DNA from: Chiloscyllium plagiosum
Lineage: Eukaryota
Length of the DNA: 64,000 nt
Reading direction: 5' to 3'
Assembly (NCBI RefSeq): GCF_004010195.1
Contig: NC_057754.1
Location: 8,646,214 to 8,710,213, forward strand
The notes under the pieces: model-generated
Databases searched by the model: none
The model's input: only the letters and a program-made list of their open reading frames with translations
Told to the model about the DNA's origin: nothing
Position numbers and translations under genes: made by a program
In this document: piece by piece, positions 49,371 to 62,438 of the stretch
How the letters are laid out: the number at the start of each line of letters is the position of its first letter
How positions within the stretch are numbered: the first letter of the stretch is position 1

Positions 49371-52300
49371 AGATGTGCAGGTGCTACACGGGTGGACAAA
49401 TCATACGACACCAAGATACAGTCCAACAGGCTTATTTGAAATCACAAGTTTTCGGGGTGTAGCACCTCCATCAGGTGTAGTGAGAGGGCTGCACACAGAA
49501 CACAAAATTTATGGGTCAATTAAGAGCAGAGAGATCAAAAGCTCATACAAATGGTGTGAGTGACATGTCGAATAATAAGTCTCTGCAGGTGACCGAGGGT
49601 GTTAGCCGGCGTGAGTAAAGTGTCAACAGCTGGATAACAACCCCGATTGGCAGGTCTGAAGACCTCCTCGTGGGTCTGCTCCTGGGCCTGGCCAAACTGG
49701 CCATAACCAGGTCCAGGCAGCGGGCCGTGGAGGGGGCCGTTAGGGCCGACTGCCTGCCCCTCTTCCGCGGTTACGTTAGGGCCCGGGTGTCCTTGGAGAA
49801 GGAGCACACGGTGTCCACCAACACCCTGGAGTTGTTCAGGGAGAGGTGGGCGCCGCAGGGAGTGGAGTGCATTACTTCCCCCTCCAACTCTATTTTGATT
49901 TAGTCCCTACCCTCCCCTTCACTGTTTGATCACACAGCACTGCCCTTTGATGTGAAGGGCACTGTTTGTCACTGGCCACTCGGGTGTTTCCTATCTTCCT
50001 GGTGGTGGAAATTGAATAAAGATTCATACACCTTGTGTCTCTCACTGTGTCTCACACCTGCACACACACAACATGGGTGCTGGGGAAAAAATAAGCACTA
50101 CCACAGTTAGGCGGTAGTGTGAGGGTTAGAAAAAAAAAATAAACAGACACAGCATTGCCCTTTGATGTGAAGGGCACTGCTTGTCACTGGCCACTCGGGT
50201 GTTTTCCTTTTGAGAGACAACCCCAATTGGATGACCTATAACCCGATTAAATCAGGCAGAGAGATAATTACAAACAATTACAAAAGAGGTGGTGCTGGAG
50301 ACAAACCGAATGACTAGAATAATATGGAACCAAACAGAAGCCACTGGAAAAGCCCAGCAGGTCCGGCAGCATCTGGGAAGAGAAATCAGAGGAATGGTCA
50401 CCGGACCTGGAACATTAACTCTGATTTTTCTCCACAGATGCTGCGTGGTCCCCACTGAGTGGTCCCCACCACCCAGAAGCCCCTGCTCCTGACTTACAGC
50501 ATCCTCAGTTCGCCTGAGTTTTATTTGACTGGATTAACATGACCCGTTCAAGAATTGCATGCCAAAGGTCGAATCAAAGTAATGAGTCATCCAAAACTCT
50601 ACAAAGTGGTTAGGTAGAGAGATCTTAACAATTTATCAAGGTGATGGTGTCAAAACAGTAAGGAAGATTTTACAGATACAGAAGTGTGGTGGGGTCACAT
50701 GTAGTGCGGCATGAACCCAAGATCACAGTTGAGGCTGTCTTCATGGGTATAGAATTGGCTATCAGTTTCTGCTCAGTGATTCTGCGTTGATATGTATCTT
50801 GAAGGCCACCTTGGAGGACACTTAGCCAAAGATCAGAAGCCTGATGTTCTTGTCCTGGGAGGGAACATTCCTGTCTGGTGATTTCTGTGCAATGCCATCT
50901 CGTGGTGTCAGCATGGTTGCGCCAATGTACCATGCCTTGGGGCATTCTTGTCTGCAGCATATGAGATAGATAACATTGGCCGAGTCACATGAGTATCTGC
51001 CGTGCATATGGTGGTTGGTGCTCCCAGGTGCGATGACAGTCAGGTGTCAATGATCTGATATGTCTTGCAGAGGTTGCCTTGGCAGGGTTGTGTGGTGTTG
51101 TGGTCGATGTTGACCTGAAGGCTGCGTAGTTTGCTGTGGACAATGGTCAGTTTAAGGTTTAGTGGTTGTTTGAAGGCAAGAAGTGGAGGCGTAGGGATAA
51201 TCTTGGCGAGATGCTCATCATCATCAATGGCATGTTGCGGGCTGCAAAGAACATGGTGTCGTCTCTCCACTCAGGGGACATACTGGAGGACGAAGGGTAC
51301 CTTATCGGTTATATCCTGTACCTGTCTTCTGAGGAGATCATTGCAGTTTCTTTTGCTGTTACACTGGCATTCGCTGAGTTGAGCACTGTACCACGTTCTT
51401 ATGAGGGCATCTTTCAAAATCTCCAGGTGTCCATCACATTCCTCCTCAGCTGAGCAGATCCTGTGTTTGCACAGGGCTTTTCTGTAGGGGATGGGTTCTT
51501 TAATGTGTTTAGGGAGGACGGTAGAGAAATGCCACATCATAAGATTATCTTGCAATACAATGAGATACTGAGGTGTCCATCCTTGATTAAAATGCATGTG
51601 TCCAAGAGTGCAACTGATTCTGAAGAGTGGTCCATGCTAAGTCTGATGGTGGGATGAAACTTGTTGATATCGTTATTCAGTCATTTCAATGATTCCTTGC
51701 CATGAGCTCAAGGAAGAAAATGTCATCAATGTCTCTGATGGAGAGCATTGGTCTGAGGTCCTGAACAGTGAAGAGGTCTTGCTTGAACCTGTGCATGAAA
51801 ATGTTGGCCTACTGGGGTGAAAATTTGGTCCCCACGGCTGGTCCGTGTGTCTGGATAAAGAATTGGTTGACAAAGGTGAAAACATTGTGGTCAAGGATGA
51901 AGTGGATGAATTGTAGGATGGTGCCTGGTGATTGGCAGTTGTTGGTATTGAGTACTGAGGCTGTTGCAGTGATGCTGTCGTCATGGGGGATGCTGGTGTA
52001 GAGTGCTCAGACGTCCATTGTGACGAAGGATGTTCCTGGTTCAATTGGTCTGTGGGTGCTGGGTTTCTGTAGGAAAACTGTAGTGTCGTGATGGTACAAT
52101 CTGTTCCTTGGTACAACCGGTTTCAAGACGCCGTCGACATAGCCAGCAAGGTTCTCAAACAGGGTCCCATTGCCCAATACAACAGGACGTCCAGGTATGT
52201 TAGTCTTGTGTACCTTCAGAAGGCAGTAGAAGACTCTTGTGGGATGAGAGAACTTAGGATACTCTGAAGGTCTGGATCAAAGGGTCTTGATCAGTTGTTC

Positions 52301-53435
52301 AGTTGATGGGTGTGTCCTTTCGCCTGATTGGCAGGTAGTTGCCTGTAGCGTTCCTAGTTCAGTTGTCGGTTAACTGCTTTGCTGCAGTCCGTTCTATTCT
52401 GTATGACAACGGCTCCTCCTTTGTCTGCTGGTTTGATGACAATGTTTCAATTTGTCATGACAGCATGGATGGCATTGTATTGTGCGTGGGTGTCATTCTG
52501 CACTACCTTTTGGGTGCGGATGATGTATCTGGCGTTTATACATCTCCTCACGGCTTGAGCATACATGCACCTTCCGAAGGGGTCCAATTCACCTCATTCT
52601 TCTTTGGTCGCTGCACCACAGAGCTCTGTGTTCTGGTTCATTGGTCATCTCATTGGGCACACTGCTGACATCTTGAGGTTTGTGGAAGAACTGCCGGAGC
52701 CTCATTCGCCTGATGAATTATGCCATCTGCTGCCAAACCGTTTTGGTACTGGGGCAGAAATGGAAGCTTCAGTTGAGAACTGCAATTTCATCCAGATGAA
52801 GGATGTGGTCAGACAAGTTGATGACAGATTTCCCTGTGGTGGGACTGGTTTCAACCGTGGTACCAGGGGATGCCTCGTTACTGCTGTTGGCGATGCCAAG
52901 TTTCTCCGGTTTCTGGTTCTTGGTGTGCACGTAGGCGGTTTCATTCCATTTCTTGTCCACTTGGCAGTGTCGCATAGCTGGTCCGCTGAATCCTGAGCAC
53001 AAGCTGAGAATATGGACTCTACCTCGATTGTGGCGTCTGCTGAAGAGCTGGTGGACGAGTTTGAGGAGTGTGCGAGAGGTGTGATGGCAAAGTCTCTCAG
53101 TGTTGTAGGTCAACTTGAGTTCTCTGTCATCCTTTTGGGATTTGCTGTGCTTTCTTGCATCTCTGTAGAAACTTGATGTCTGTGCAATCTTCTTGGAGAT
53201 CCTTTCCACGTTGACTTGGCAGTTTGCGGTGTCAATGGTAGCCATGATGTGGAGGTGCCGGTGTTGGACTGGAATGGGCAAAGTCAGAAATCGCCCGACA
53301 CCAGGATATAGTCCAACAGGTTTATTTGAAATCACAAACTTTCTGAAGGGCTAACAGAAGGGCTACGCTCTGAAAACTTGTGATTTCAAATAAACCTGTT
53401 GGACTATAACCTGGTGTCATGTGTATTCTGACTTT
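49371..53435 (-). mobile_element. Near full-length degraded Penelope-like element (RT + GIY-YIG) with inverted end and 13-bp TSD
   Basis: KSVINLS, PGRPVV, SCDSANVIYLICC..WYIG motifs; ACCCAATTGATCA at 49358-49370 and 53436-53448. Confidence 0.85.
49655..50210 (+). mobile_element. Tx1/L1-like LINE 3' fragment (young, CpG-rich) nested in the PLE
   Basis: GLLLGLAKLAITRSRQRAV..LFRGYVRARVSLEKEH..FRERW; poly(A) at ~50130. Confidence 0.75.
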
Positions 53436-53584
53436 ACCCAATTGATCACAATCTCCTTGTAATCTTAGACAATCTTCTTCACTGTTCACCATATCTTCAA
53501 TGTTGGTGTCATCTGGAAACTTCATAACCATGCCTCCTATACTGTCATCCAAACCATTTACAGAATGTGATGGGGTATTGATTG

Positions 53585-54220
53585 GGACAGCAGTGGCTCA
53601 GTGGTTAGCACTGCTGCCGGGTTTGATCCCAGCCTCATGTAACTGTCTGTGTGGAGTTTGCACATTCACCTGTGTCTATGTGGATTTCCTCCCACAGTCC
53701 AAGCTGGTGGGTTAGCCATAGGAAATGGAGGGTTATCGGGTAAGGAGGGCTGGTTAGATCTGGGTGATTTGCCCTTCAGAAGGTTGGTGTCAACTCAATC
53801 GGGCTGAATGGCTGCTTCTACGCTCTATGGATTCTACGACTGTGAAGAGGGATTGAGTGATTGATATTGATGAGGGCAGTACAGTGGCTCAGTGGTTAGT
53901 ACTGCTGCCTGACAGCGCCAAGGAGGACCCGGGTTCAATTCCAGCATGGGGTGACTGTCTGCGTGGAGTTTGCACATTCTCCCCATGTCTGCGTGGGTTT
54001 CCTCCCGATGTTCCGGTTTCCTCCCACAGTCCAAAGGTGTGTAGCTTAGAAGAATTGGCAGTGTTAAATTGCCCGCAGTGTTCAGGGATGTGTAGGTTAG
54101 GTTCAATAGTCAGGGGTAAATATTGGACAATAGGGTAGGGTAGTGGGTCACTCTTCGGAGGGTGGGTATGGACTTGTTGGGCCGAAGAGCCTGTTTCCAC
54201 ACTGTAGGGATTCTATGATC
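53585..54220 (+). mobile_element. Two tandem HE1-related SINEs
   Basis: Heads at ~53585 and ~53875. Confidence 0.8.
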
Positions 54221-54902
54221 CATTCTCCTGGAGAACCTGGAAGGGAGCGGAGAAATTTTCAACAAAATCTCTCAGAGATGCTGCAAGCCCTGCCCAGCTT
54301 TTCCAGTAAATTGTGTTTGTTTCTGATTTCCTGAATCCGCAGGGTTTTTTTTTCACTTTTTAATTAAGGGGGAAATATGGAGCTTATGCAGTGACGTGGA
54401 GAGACCAGCAGAGGGTGGCATTGTATCACTTGAAACATCAGAGAGCGAGAGTGAGAGACTGAGAATTTCATTCATCATATTTCAATTAATTCATTCAGTG
54501 TGTCCCATTGCAGACAGAGCTGGTCGCACAGACACACCCATACAAAACAAGAGACATAATCACGCTCATACACACTGACACAGAGGCATACACAGAAACA
54601 AGCAAACATAGACACACTCATTCAAACTTCCCTTCAGGACAGAGCTGGTCACACAAACACACTCAAAAACAGAGAGACACACACACACAGAGAAACACAC
54701 ACATGCAGACTCAAAGAGAGAGACACAGAAACATACAAAGGTAGTTACAGACCCATTTAGATGTGTGTGTACAAATGTACACAGATATATTCATAATCTG
54801 CGATATGTCCAGAATATTACATTCAATAGGGTTTATAAAGATCAGTAGAAATACGCAAATATTGTCATAAATGATTGAACTCAGTGACTTCCAAACACAC
54901 CT

Positions 54903-54916
54903 GTTACCATAGATAC
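54903..54916 (-). promoter_or_regulatory. Possible RFX X-box
   Basis: GTATCTATGGTAAC fits GTHNYYATRRNAAC; lies in non-repeat DNA with retained CpGs. Confidence 0.3.
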
Positions 54917-55491
54917 CGGCTAATAAAAGATTTGCTGCGATCGCATCTATGTCGAGACTTGGAATATGAGGCAGAATAACAGATGAAACATTTGAAAGGG
55001 GACACTGCTGATCCAAAATCAGGATTAATTAGGAGATGCTAAGCAGTGGAACTTTTCAGACATTGAACTGCAGAATTTTCACCAAAGGTCAATTTATAAT
55101 TAAGTTCATCATTTCATTCTAATTGTATGCCTGCCAAGATTTCTTGTAATAAAATGTGAGATAGTAGGTGAAATAATCTAAAATCGTGGGTTTCCTCTGA
55201 GTGCTCCAGTTTCCTCCCACAATCCAAAGATGTGCAGGTTAGGGTGAATTGGCCATGCTAAATTGCCCACAGTGTTCAGGGATGTATCGGTTAGGTGCAT
55301 GAGTCAGGGATAAATGTAGGGGAATGGGTCTGGTTGGGATAATCTTTGGAGGGTCGGTGTAGACTTGTTGGGTTGAAGGGCCTGTTTCCACACAGTAGGG
55401 ATTCCTAATCAGCAATATATCGAGGATATTAAACTGGCCAGGATTTTTAAAGAAAAGTAGAAACAAACATATTTTGTCACACTATCATAGC

Positions 55492-55700
55492 GTCAAAAAT
55501 CACACAACACCAGCAGGGTAATCTGAAAGTACTAGCTTTTGGAGCACTACCCCTTCATCTGGCAACCCTTTGAAGGTAAGCTGATGAAGGAGCAGTGCTC
55601 TGAAAGCTAGTGCTTCCAAATAAACCTGTCGGACTCTAACCTGGTGTTGTGTGATCTTTAACTTTGTCCATCCCAGTCCAACACCAGCACGGCCACATTA
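55492..55700. mobile_element. Mini-PLE with inverted halves
   Basis: Two opposed terminal-repeat copies, each with a hammerhead motif. Confidence 0.75.
55581..55609 (+). ncRNA. Minimal hammerhead ribozyme motif
   Basis: CTGATGA-A-GGAGC-AGT-GCTCT-GAAAG-CTA. Confidence 0.65.
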
Positions 55701-56224
55701 TGTCATAGAACTGTACAGCATGGAAATAGACCATTCAGTAACCTTTTTTTTGTCTCCTTCCTTCTGAATAAAGCCTTGACATTAGTCATTTTCAAATCAT
55801 CTGGCACTTTGAGCATCTAAGGATTCTTGGAAATTCACGACCAATGCACCCATTACCTCTCCGTAGCTATTACTTTTAATATCCTAGATGTTCCATCAAG
55901 TCCAGGAAACTTGTCTGCATTTCGCCCCATTAGTTTGCCTCGTATTTTTCTCCCTACTGATGGTTATTAATTTATTTCCTTGCTTTTTCTGGGTTATTTA
56001 TTATTGTTGGAATGCTTGCGTCTAATGCGAGGACAAAACTGAAGTGACAAAAGAAAGTGTTCAAAATAAATTATATGTACTAACATTCTGATATTAAACA
56101 CTAGTTCAATTGTAAGGCTCCAGATAGCAGCAAAAAAAAAACAAACTCCAACTGTCTGAGTGAACATGATTCAGTCCTGTTTGTAATTAACAACAGCGTG
56201 AGAAGCAGAATCCAATCCTTAAAG

Positions 56225-56986
56225 TCAGTTATTGTGAACTCGCTGGTGAGTCTCAAAGTTGGATGAACGAGTGAATCCCTTCCCACACACAGAGCAAGTG
56301 AATGGCCTCTCACCAGTGTGAATGCGCTGGTGTCTCAGCAAGTTGAATGAATGAGTGAACCCCTTTCCACACACAGAGCAGATGAAAGGCCTCTCCCCTG
56401 TGTGAACTCTCTGGTGCTCCACCAAACTTGACGACTGAGTGAATCCCTTCCCACACACAGAGCAGACAAACGGCCTCTCCCTATTATGAACTTTCTGGTG
56501 TTTGCGCAAGGTGGATGACTGAGTGAATCCCTTTCCACACTCTAAACAGGTGAATGGCCTCTCCCCAGTGTGCGTGCGGTGGTGTGTCAGCACCTCACTT
56601 CTGCTTTTAAAACTCTTCTCACACTCCGAACATTTAAAAGGTTTCTTATCAGTGTGAACACGCTGGTGCGTCAGCAGGCTGGACGACTGTGTAAACTGCT
56701 TTCCACACACCGAGCAGGGGAATGGCCTCTCCCCGGTGTGAACGCGCATGTGGATGTGGAGTTTGGATAACTCTCTGAATCCCTTCCTGCACAATGTGCA
56801 GGTGAAAGGTCTCTCCCCAGTGTGACTGCGTCGGTGGATTTCCAACTGGGATGGGTAACTGAATCCCTTCCCACAGTCCCCACATTTGCAGCGTTTCTGT
56901 GCAGCGTGACTGCATTGATGTGTTTCCACCTCAGGCAAGTAACTGAACCCCTTCCCACAATCCCTGCATTTCGACTGTTTCTCCAT
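56225..56986 (-). CDS. C2H2 zinc-finger protein, 9 tandem fingers, no KRAB domain seen (253 aa)
   Basis: Nine CxxC-x12-HxxxH units, most with TGERPF linkers; exon probably begins at acceptor ccttttccAG at 57335. Confidence 0.92.
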   Translation of the reverse strand: MEKQSKCRDCGKGFSYLPEVETHQCSHAAQKRCKCGDCGKGFSYPSQLEIHRRSHTGERPFTCTLCRKGFRELSKLHIHMRVHTGERPFPCSVCGKQFTQSSSLLTHQRVHTDKKPFKCSECEKSFKSRSEVLTHHRTHTGERPFTCLECGKGFTQSSTLRKHQKVHNRERPFVCSVCGKGFTQSSSLVEHQRVHTGERPFICSVCGKGFTHSFNLLRHQRIHTGERPFTCSVCGKGFTRSSNFETHQRVHNN

Positions 56987-57439
56987 TCGGTGACTGTATT
57001 TCTCCAGATTTGACGATTAATTGTAGCTCTGAACAAGAAGAATGATTTTCCCACACTGTGGAATGTGCCAATGCTTTTCCAGGCTGAATAACCAGAGAAA
57101 GCTCTTTCCATAGCCAGTTCACTGCAACACACTTGTTCGGGTGCATGTGCCTCAGTATCTTTCCAGTCACGCTGATGTTCGAAATCTTTTCCCACAGGCA
57201 GAACCAAGAGCCATTTCTCCTTCTACATTTGAAGACTGATGATAATCCAGCTGTGATGAACCAAGTGCTTCTCTCAGATCCTAACTTGATATTCGGTTTC
57301 AGTTTCCAGTCTGTAAACCTTCCCCTCCTAAAACCCTGGAAAAGGACAGATATCAGTGGGCCAAACCACATTGTTTGATATATTCCACAAAACCTCCAAT
57401 AAATTGAACACACATGATTTCCTTTCATAAAACCACGTT

Positions 57440-57810
57440 GGCTGATTGCACTGCCATTTTCTAGCGAAACTCTAATGTCCTGATGGACTCCATTCTAGGG
57501 TCTTAAAATAAATGAGTGACATAGTTGATGCACTGGCTTTAATTTTCCAAAATTCCTTAAATTCAGAGAAGGTTACATTGAAATGGAAAATAGCAAATGT
57601 AACTCCTTTATTTGAAATGGGAGGGAGACAGAAATCAGTAAGCTATCAGCCTAGCATCTGTCACAGAGAAGATGTTGGCACCTATTGGTAAAGACATTGG
57701 AGCAGGACACTCGGAAAAGTTCAAGGAAGTCAGGGAGAATTAATACGGTTTCGTGAAAAAGAAATAACGCTCAACAAATTTATTGGAGCTCTTTGAGGAA
57801 GTAACATGTT
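57440..57810 (+). mobile_element. CR1 RT fragments
   Basis: WKIANVTPLF..GGR motif. Confidence 0.65.
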
Positions 57811-58368
57811 ATTTATTCCAGAGAGTGCGTGGAGAAAAGGCTATCAGACAAAGGGATTGGATCGCAAGTCAAGCAAGATAGGTGATAACGGGGACTATGA
57901 GTTGAAAAATGGACTGACTGTACTGAAAGCAACAGGACGTGGGGTTGTGGGTAGGTAATAAACAAGGAACGGGGTGTTCGTGCTCTGAAATAGTTAAACT
58001 TGAGTTGAGTCCCAGGATGGAGAATGAGGTGATATTCCTCCAGCTTGTGTTGACCTTTGTTGGAACACTACACAGTAAAGACAAAGCACTATAGATATTA
58101 AGGGGAGTGACCTGTAGCAAGTTGCCAGGATCCAGTGGCCTACATTCTATGATTTGTTTAAAAACGAGCTGCAGACCGAGTGGAATCATTGATTTCAATC
58201 TACTACTGCCCCCAAGACCTGCCTCAGCTGCCGCTCCCAAGATGACAGGCGGCCAGTCATTCCCTCGCCGGGTGACAGCTAGTTACCTGGGTAACCTTGG
58301 CCCTACTCTGAGAAAGCTAAAGATCACACAACACCAACTTATAGTCCAACAAGTTTATTTGTAAGTAC

Positions 58369-58397
58369 TAGCTTTCGGAGCACTGCTCCTTCATCAG
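58369..58397 (-). ncRNA. Minimal hammerhead ribozyme motif (perfect)
   Basis: CTGATGA-A-GGAGC-AGT-GCTCC-GAAAG-CTA; TAC/GTA stem I. Confidence 0.75.
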
Positions 58398-60027
58398 GTA
58401 ACTAGTGGGACAGGATCATAAGACACAGTATTTATAGTAAAAAATCAGTGTCAAACAACTGGTGCAATGCATTGAACAAATCTAGATTGCTGTTAAGCCT
58501 TTAATCACTTAGAATGGGGATGCAAGTTTCAATTGATTAATACGTAAATCCCAGAACTTCTTTCAAGTCACAGTCCTGAGGTTTTATTTAAAAAGTGACA
58601 TCTCAACCCAAACAATGATTTAAAGGTATGAGGTTAGATTCTGTCTGTTTTCCAATCTTGAATCAGACTGGTTCTATTTCCAAAGTAGGAATTTATAAGA
58701 TTGACTACTATAAGACTGACTGCCTACGGACTGTGCACTTTTTGAACAAAATAGAATTATCTGCAAATACAAATTCACCCCATAGACTTACGTGTACCTA
58801 CACGTGTGTATGTCAGTGAGCGCGCATGAACGAAAGAGAGAGCGCGCCCAACAAAGTTGCCAATATGCCAACATTTTCATGCACAAACTAAAACAAGATT
58901 TCTTTGCTGCAGAGGACTTCTAGCCAACAGTGTACACTAGATACATTGATGACATTTTCTTCTTCAGGACCCATGGCAAGGAATCACTGAAACAACTACA
59001 CTGATATCACTATGTTTCATCCCACCACCAGACTTAATATGGACTACTCTTTAGAGTCAGTCTCATTCTTGGACACACCCATCTCCATCAAGGATGGACA
59101 CTTCCGTACCTGACTCTACCGCAAACCCAAGGATAACCTCACGATGCTGCACTTCTCTAGCTTCCACCCGAAACATATTAAAACAGCCATCCCCTACAGA
59201 CAAGCCCCATGCATGAAGATCTAGACCTATCTACAAATATATTGTACTATGGGCATCCCTGGTAAGCCTTGTACCCTTTCAGATAGATCACGTAGTAAAA
59301 GAGACAAAGGGGGGATGGTATCCTTCACTAACAATTTGTTTCTAGAAACCCATAATAAAATATTTGGAGAGGATGTAGTAGTTTGTTATGCCCTTACTTC
59401 AGCAAGAGACTCCCTGACCCCTTTTATCCTTCCAAGTCCTATCATGGGGGTATAGAATAGTTCTAAAGTATTTACAGGATTATGGACGTCCTCCAATAAA
59501 CTCACGCTATCCTATCCAAATTGCTACAATGGTAAGGGATGAGGGTGCAGTTACGTAAAAGTGCCTAAAATTATCCCCTGTGCTATGATAAAATGTATCA
59601 GTCATCATTGAGGGAGTGGACTCCGCCAATAAAGCTATGACTGGCACATCATAATCACCAATGAAACATATCAGTCTTAAAATTAAGTGGAATCAAACCA
59701 GTCTGAAACACAAAAAAAATTATAATGTTATCTTCCTCCATATTAAACTGATTTGAAATCGAATAAGGTTGGCTTTCATGTAAGGATAAAAGAGATTAAT
59801 TAGAAACTGACAGTAAGGCAGTCGTGACCTGTAAAAAGATCAGGAGTTAATACTTTATAATCACTGAAGAATCCTTAACCTTAAAAGAAATCATGTTAAA
59901 TTTCCAAAATGCAAATCAGATTCAAAGCATTCCCGGATCTCATGCTCCAGGGAACAAAGCACAAACATTCAATCACCAACAAACAAACAACCGAATCACA
60001 AAGGGTTAAACTTTCTACTAGCTGTAC

Positions 60028-60070
<43 letters not shown>

Positions 60071-60293
60071 ACACACACACAGTTTTTAGCTTGGGAGTTA
60101 AGTCTCAAAACTCCTGGCTGTGGCACAACATTGCTTAACCAAGTGTGCAAGAATTGTACCACTGGCCAGCCTTATCTTTTAAAAATCGAGAACAACGGCC
60201 ACCCTCCATATTTCATAAACAAAGAACAATCACCAAAATGAACAAAAAAGCAACAAGCCAAGCCAAGCCAAGCCAAGCCAAACAGATACAACA

Positions 60294-60539
60294 GGTTCTG
60301 GATCAGTGGTGCTGGAACAGCACAGCAGTTCAGGCAGCATCCGAGGAGCAGTAAAATCGGCGTTTCGGGCGAAAGCCCTTCATCAGGAATAAAGGTAGAG
60401 AGCCTGAAGGGTGGAGAGATAAGCTAGAGGAGGGTGGGGGTGGGGAGAAAGTAGCATAGAGTAGGTGAGTGGGGGAGGGGATGAAGATGAGGAAATGACC
60501 TGGGAGTTGCAGTGGGAGGGGGACTCCCTGAGATTCTGG
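60294..60539 (-). mobile_element. PLE-derived short repeat with hammerhead motif (cleavage triplet mutated)
   Basis: CTGATGAAGGGCTTTCGCCCGAAACGCC at 60359-60386; possible TSD TACAACA. Confidence 0.75.
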
Positions 60540-60559
60540 TACAACACACAACAAAACTA

Positions 60560-62180
60560 ATGAGTAGCCAACCATCGAACCTTTGGCTAGGGAAAAGGGA
60601 TTATTTTGTGAGAAACTAGTGATTTGTCCTCTGCCTTTTGCTTGTGGAGGAGGGTGACTGTAATCAGGAGGTTTACCCCAAGTGTCATAGGAGTTCTGAG
60701 GGTAATTCTCATGAAAACTTCCTTGGTTCCCCTGTGTGGCCCTTCGAGGGCAATTAGAGGTCCAATGGAAGGGACTGCCGGCAGTAAGACAATTTCGAGT
60801 CGGGCGATCACGAGCCCAGTGAGATAGGCTGTTACAATTAAAACAGGCCAGGAACGGATACCGAGGGAGGGTCCCTCTGCCACACCCACGACTGCAGCCT
60901 GGAATGGATACAGGGTCACTACTATTAAGCACGGGTAGTTGTTGAGGTGTCTCCTCTTGGACTACAAATTCTGATTTTACACGGATTGGTGGTCTGTCTT
61001 CACTCTGCTGATTCCACAAGGCATTAATAGAACGATGGAGTTGATTAGGGGTGGCTTCAACCCAGTCTAGATTGTTTGTTTTGACTGCTGTAACTACAGA
61101 GGGCAGCAGGCAGTTTAATAGCATTGAATTATACTGAGCATTAATAGCATTTAAATTCCAAACCCGATCGCCGGAATAGGACTCATAACATTCTCTAAAA
61201 CATTCCAAATATTGCTCAGCAGACTCCTTATTTTTAGGGTGAAGCTCAAGGATTCGAGTAAAGTCAATGGGCCTTGTTAATATAGTAGATGCAACAGCGA
61301 GATTATTATCTTGTCGCTGTTGTTCCTGGACTACAGCATTAGCGAAAGCAGTAAAATTATTGTGACCAATACATTCAGTAAAACAGGCATATTCAGAGCG
61401 GGTAAGCACTTACTGCAGAAGGTCTTTTGCATTACCATTATAAACTTTAATTGTGGTGTCTAAAAAAATCAATGAACTGCTGGGGAGTCTTGTGGTGGTC
61501 CAGTGCATTACTGAGGATGGATATAATTTCATGGGGCTTCCAAGGACAATAAATACTGAGTGGTATTAGGGACAGCAGCTTCTGGGTTTGGTAGTTCCTT
61601 TACAGGGAACATTCCTAATGTGGGTGCTTTGCCTTCCGCATTTTCAGAAGAGGAATTTAAAGGGGTTTCTAATTGCTGCACGAGTCATTTACTTGAGGAT
61701 CTGTGCTATTTCAATCTTCGCTGACTGGCAACAGGGTTAGTGAACTGGGGAGGGGGTGGGGGGACAGGAGTTTGCTTACCAGCCCCTAGTGACTTCTTCT
61801 TTTGTTTCTGTTGGTGTTTTGCTTGAGCGCATTCATTTTTGACGTCTTGAATAGATTTCAGACACCATCAGCTGTTAGTTCAATTCCCAATTTAGTGGCA
61901 GTATACTGCCTTGAACATAAAACAGATTCTTTATGAGTTTCACCACAATATAGTCTCCACAGTCTAATTAGTTTCTGTGTCTTGGAATTCTTCTTCCTTT
62001 GCCAAATCAGTTGCTGGGCTGATTTGATCAATTGAATATTTTTAAGGCCACTGAGTGGCCACTGCTCATCACCCAATGCTTTAGTTAGGGTGGCAGAAAG
62101 TTTTCAGAAGTCTTTGGATTTTTCCAGAAACTTCTCACATATTTTTACTAACGGTGAAGATGGATCTTCCGTCTTATCTA
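60560..62180 (-). mobile_element. Endogenous retrovirus gag remnant (class I-like)
   Basis: MA-like QWPLSG, poly-Pro tract ~61750, MHR-like HPKNKESAEQYLECFRECY, two degenerate knuckles CFNCNSLSHWARDR and CLTAGSPFHWTSNC. Confidence 0.7.
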
Positions 62181-62438
62181 TGTGATGCATGGTATATTGG
62201 TGAGACCAAACAGACGCTACAACAGATGAATGGACACTGCACAACAATCGCCAGCCAGGGATGTTCCCTTGAGTCGTGGAACACTTCTGTGGTCAAGGAC
62301 ATTCAGTCTCGAATCTTCAAGTGACCTTCCTCCAAGGCGGGCTTCAGGATATATAACAATGCAGTCACCAACAGAGGGGGATAGCCAAGTTTGGTACCTT
62401 GGGTTCATATCACAAGTTTGGTACCTTGGGTTCATTTC

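Larger units (their letters stand above)
48025..53560 (-). mobile_element. CR1 LINE fragment split by HE1, a mini-PLE and a 4-kb PLE
   Basis: CR1 sequence at 48025-48655, 49186-49370 and 53436-53560 (KFPDDT motif) is colinear. Confidence 0.8.

Noticed and set aside
54711..55016. Hydrophobic minus-strand ORF as a third GPCR exon 1
   Set aside because: Starts at TTG and lacks the YY..IA.IG.P|GTAAG signature; no matching exon 2 found.
60330..60560. C-terminal extension of the 359-aa gag ORF
   Set aside because: It is read-through into an inserted PLE-derived repeat.
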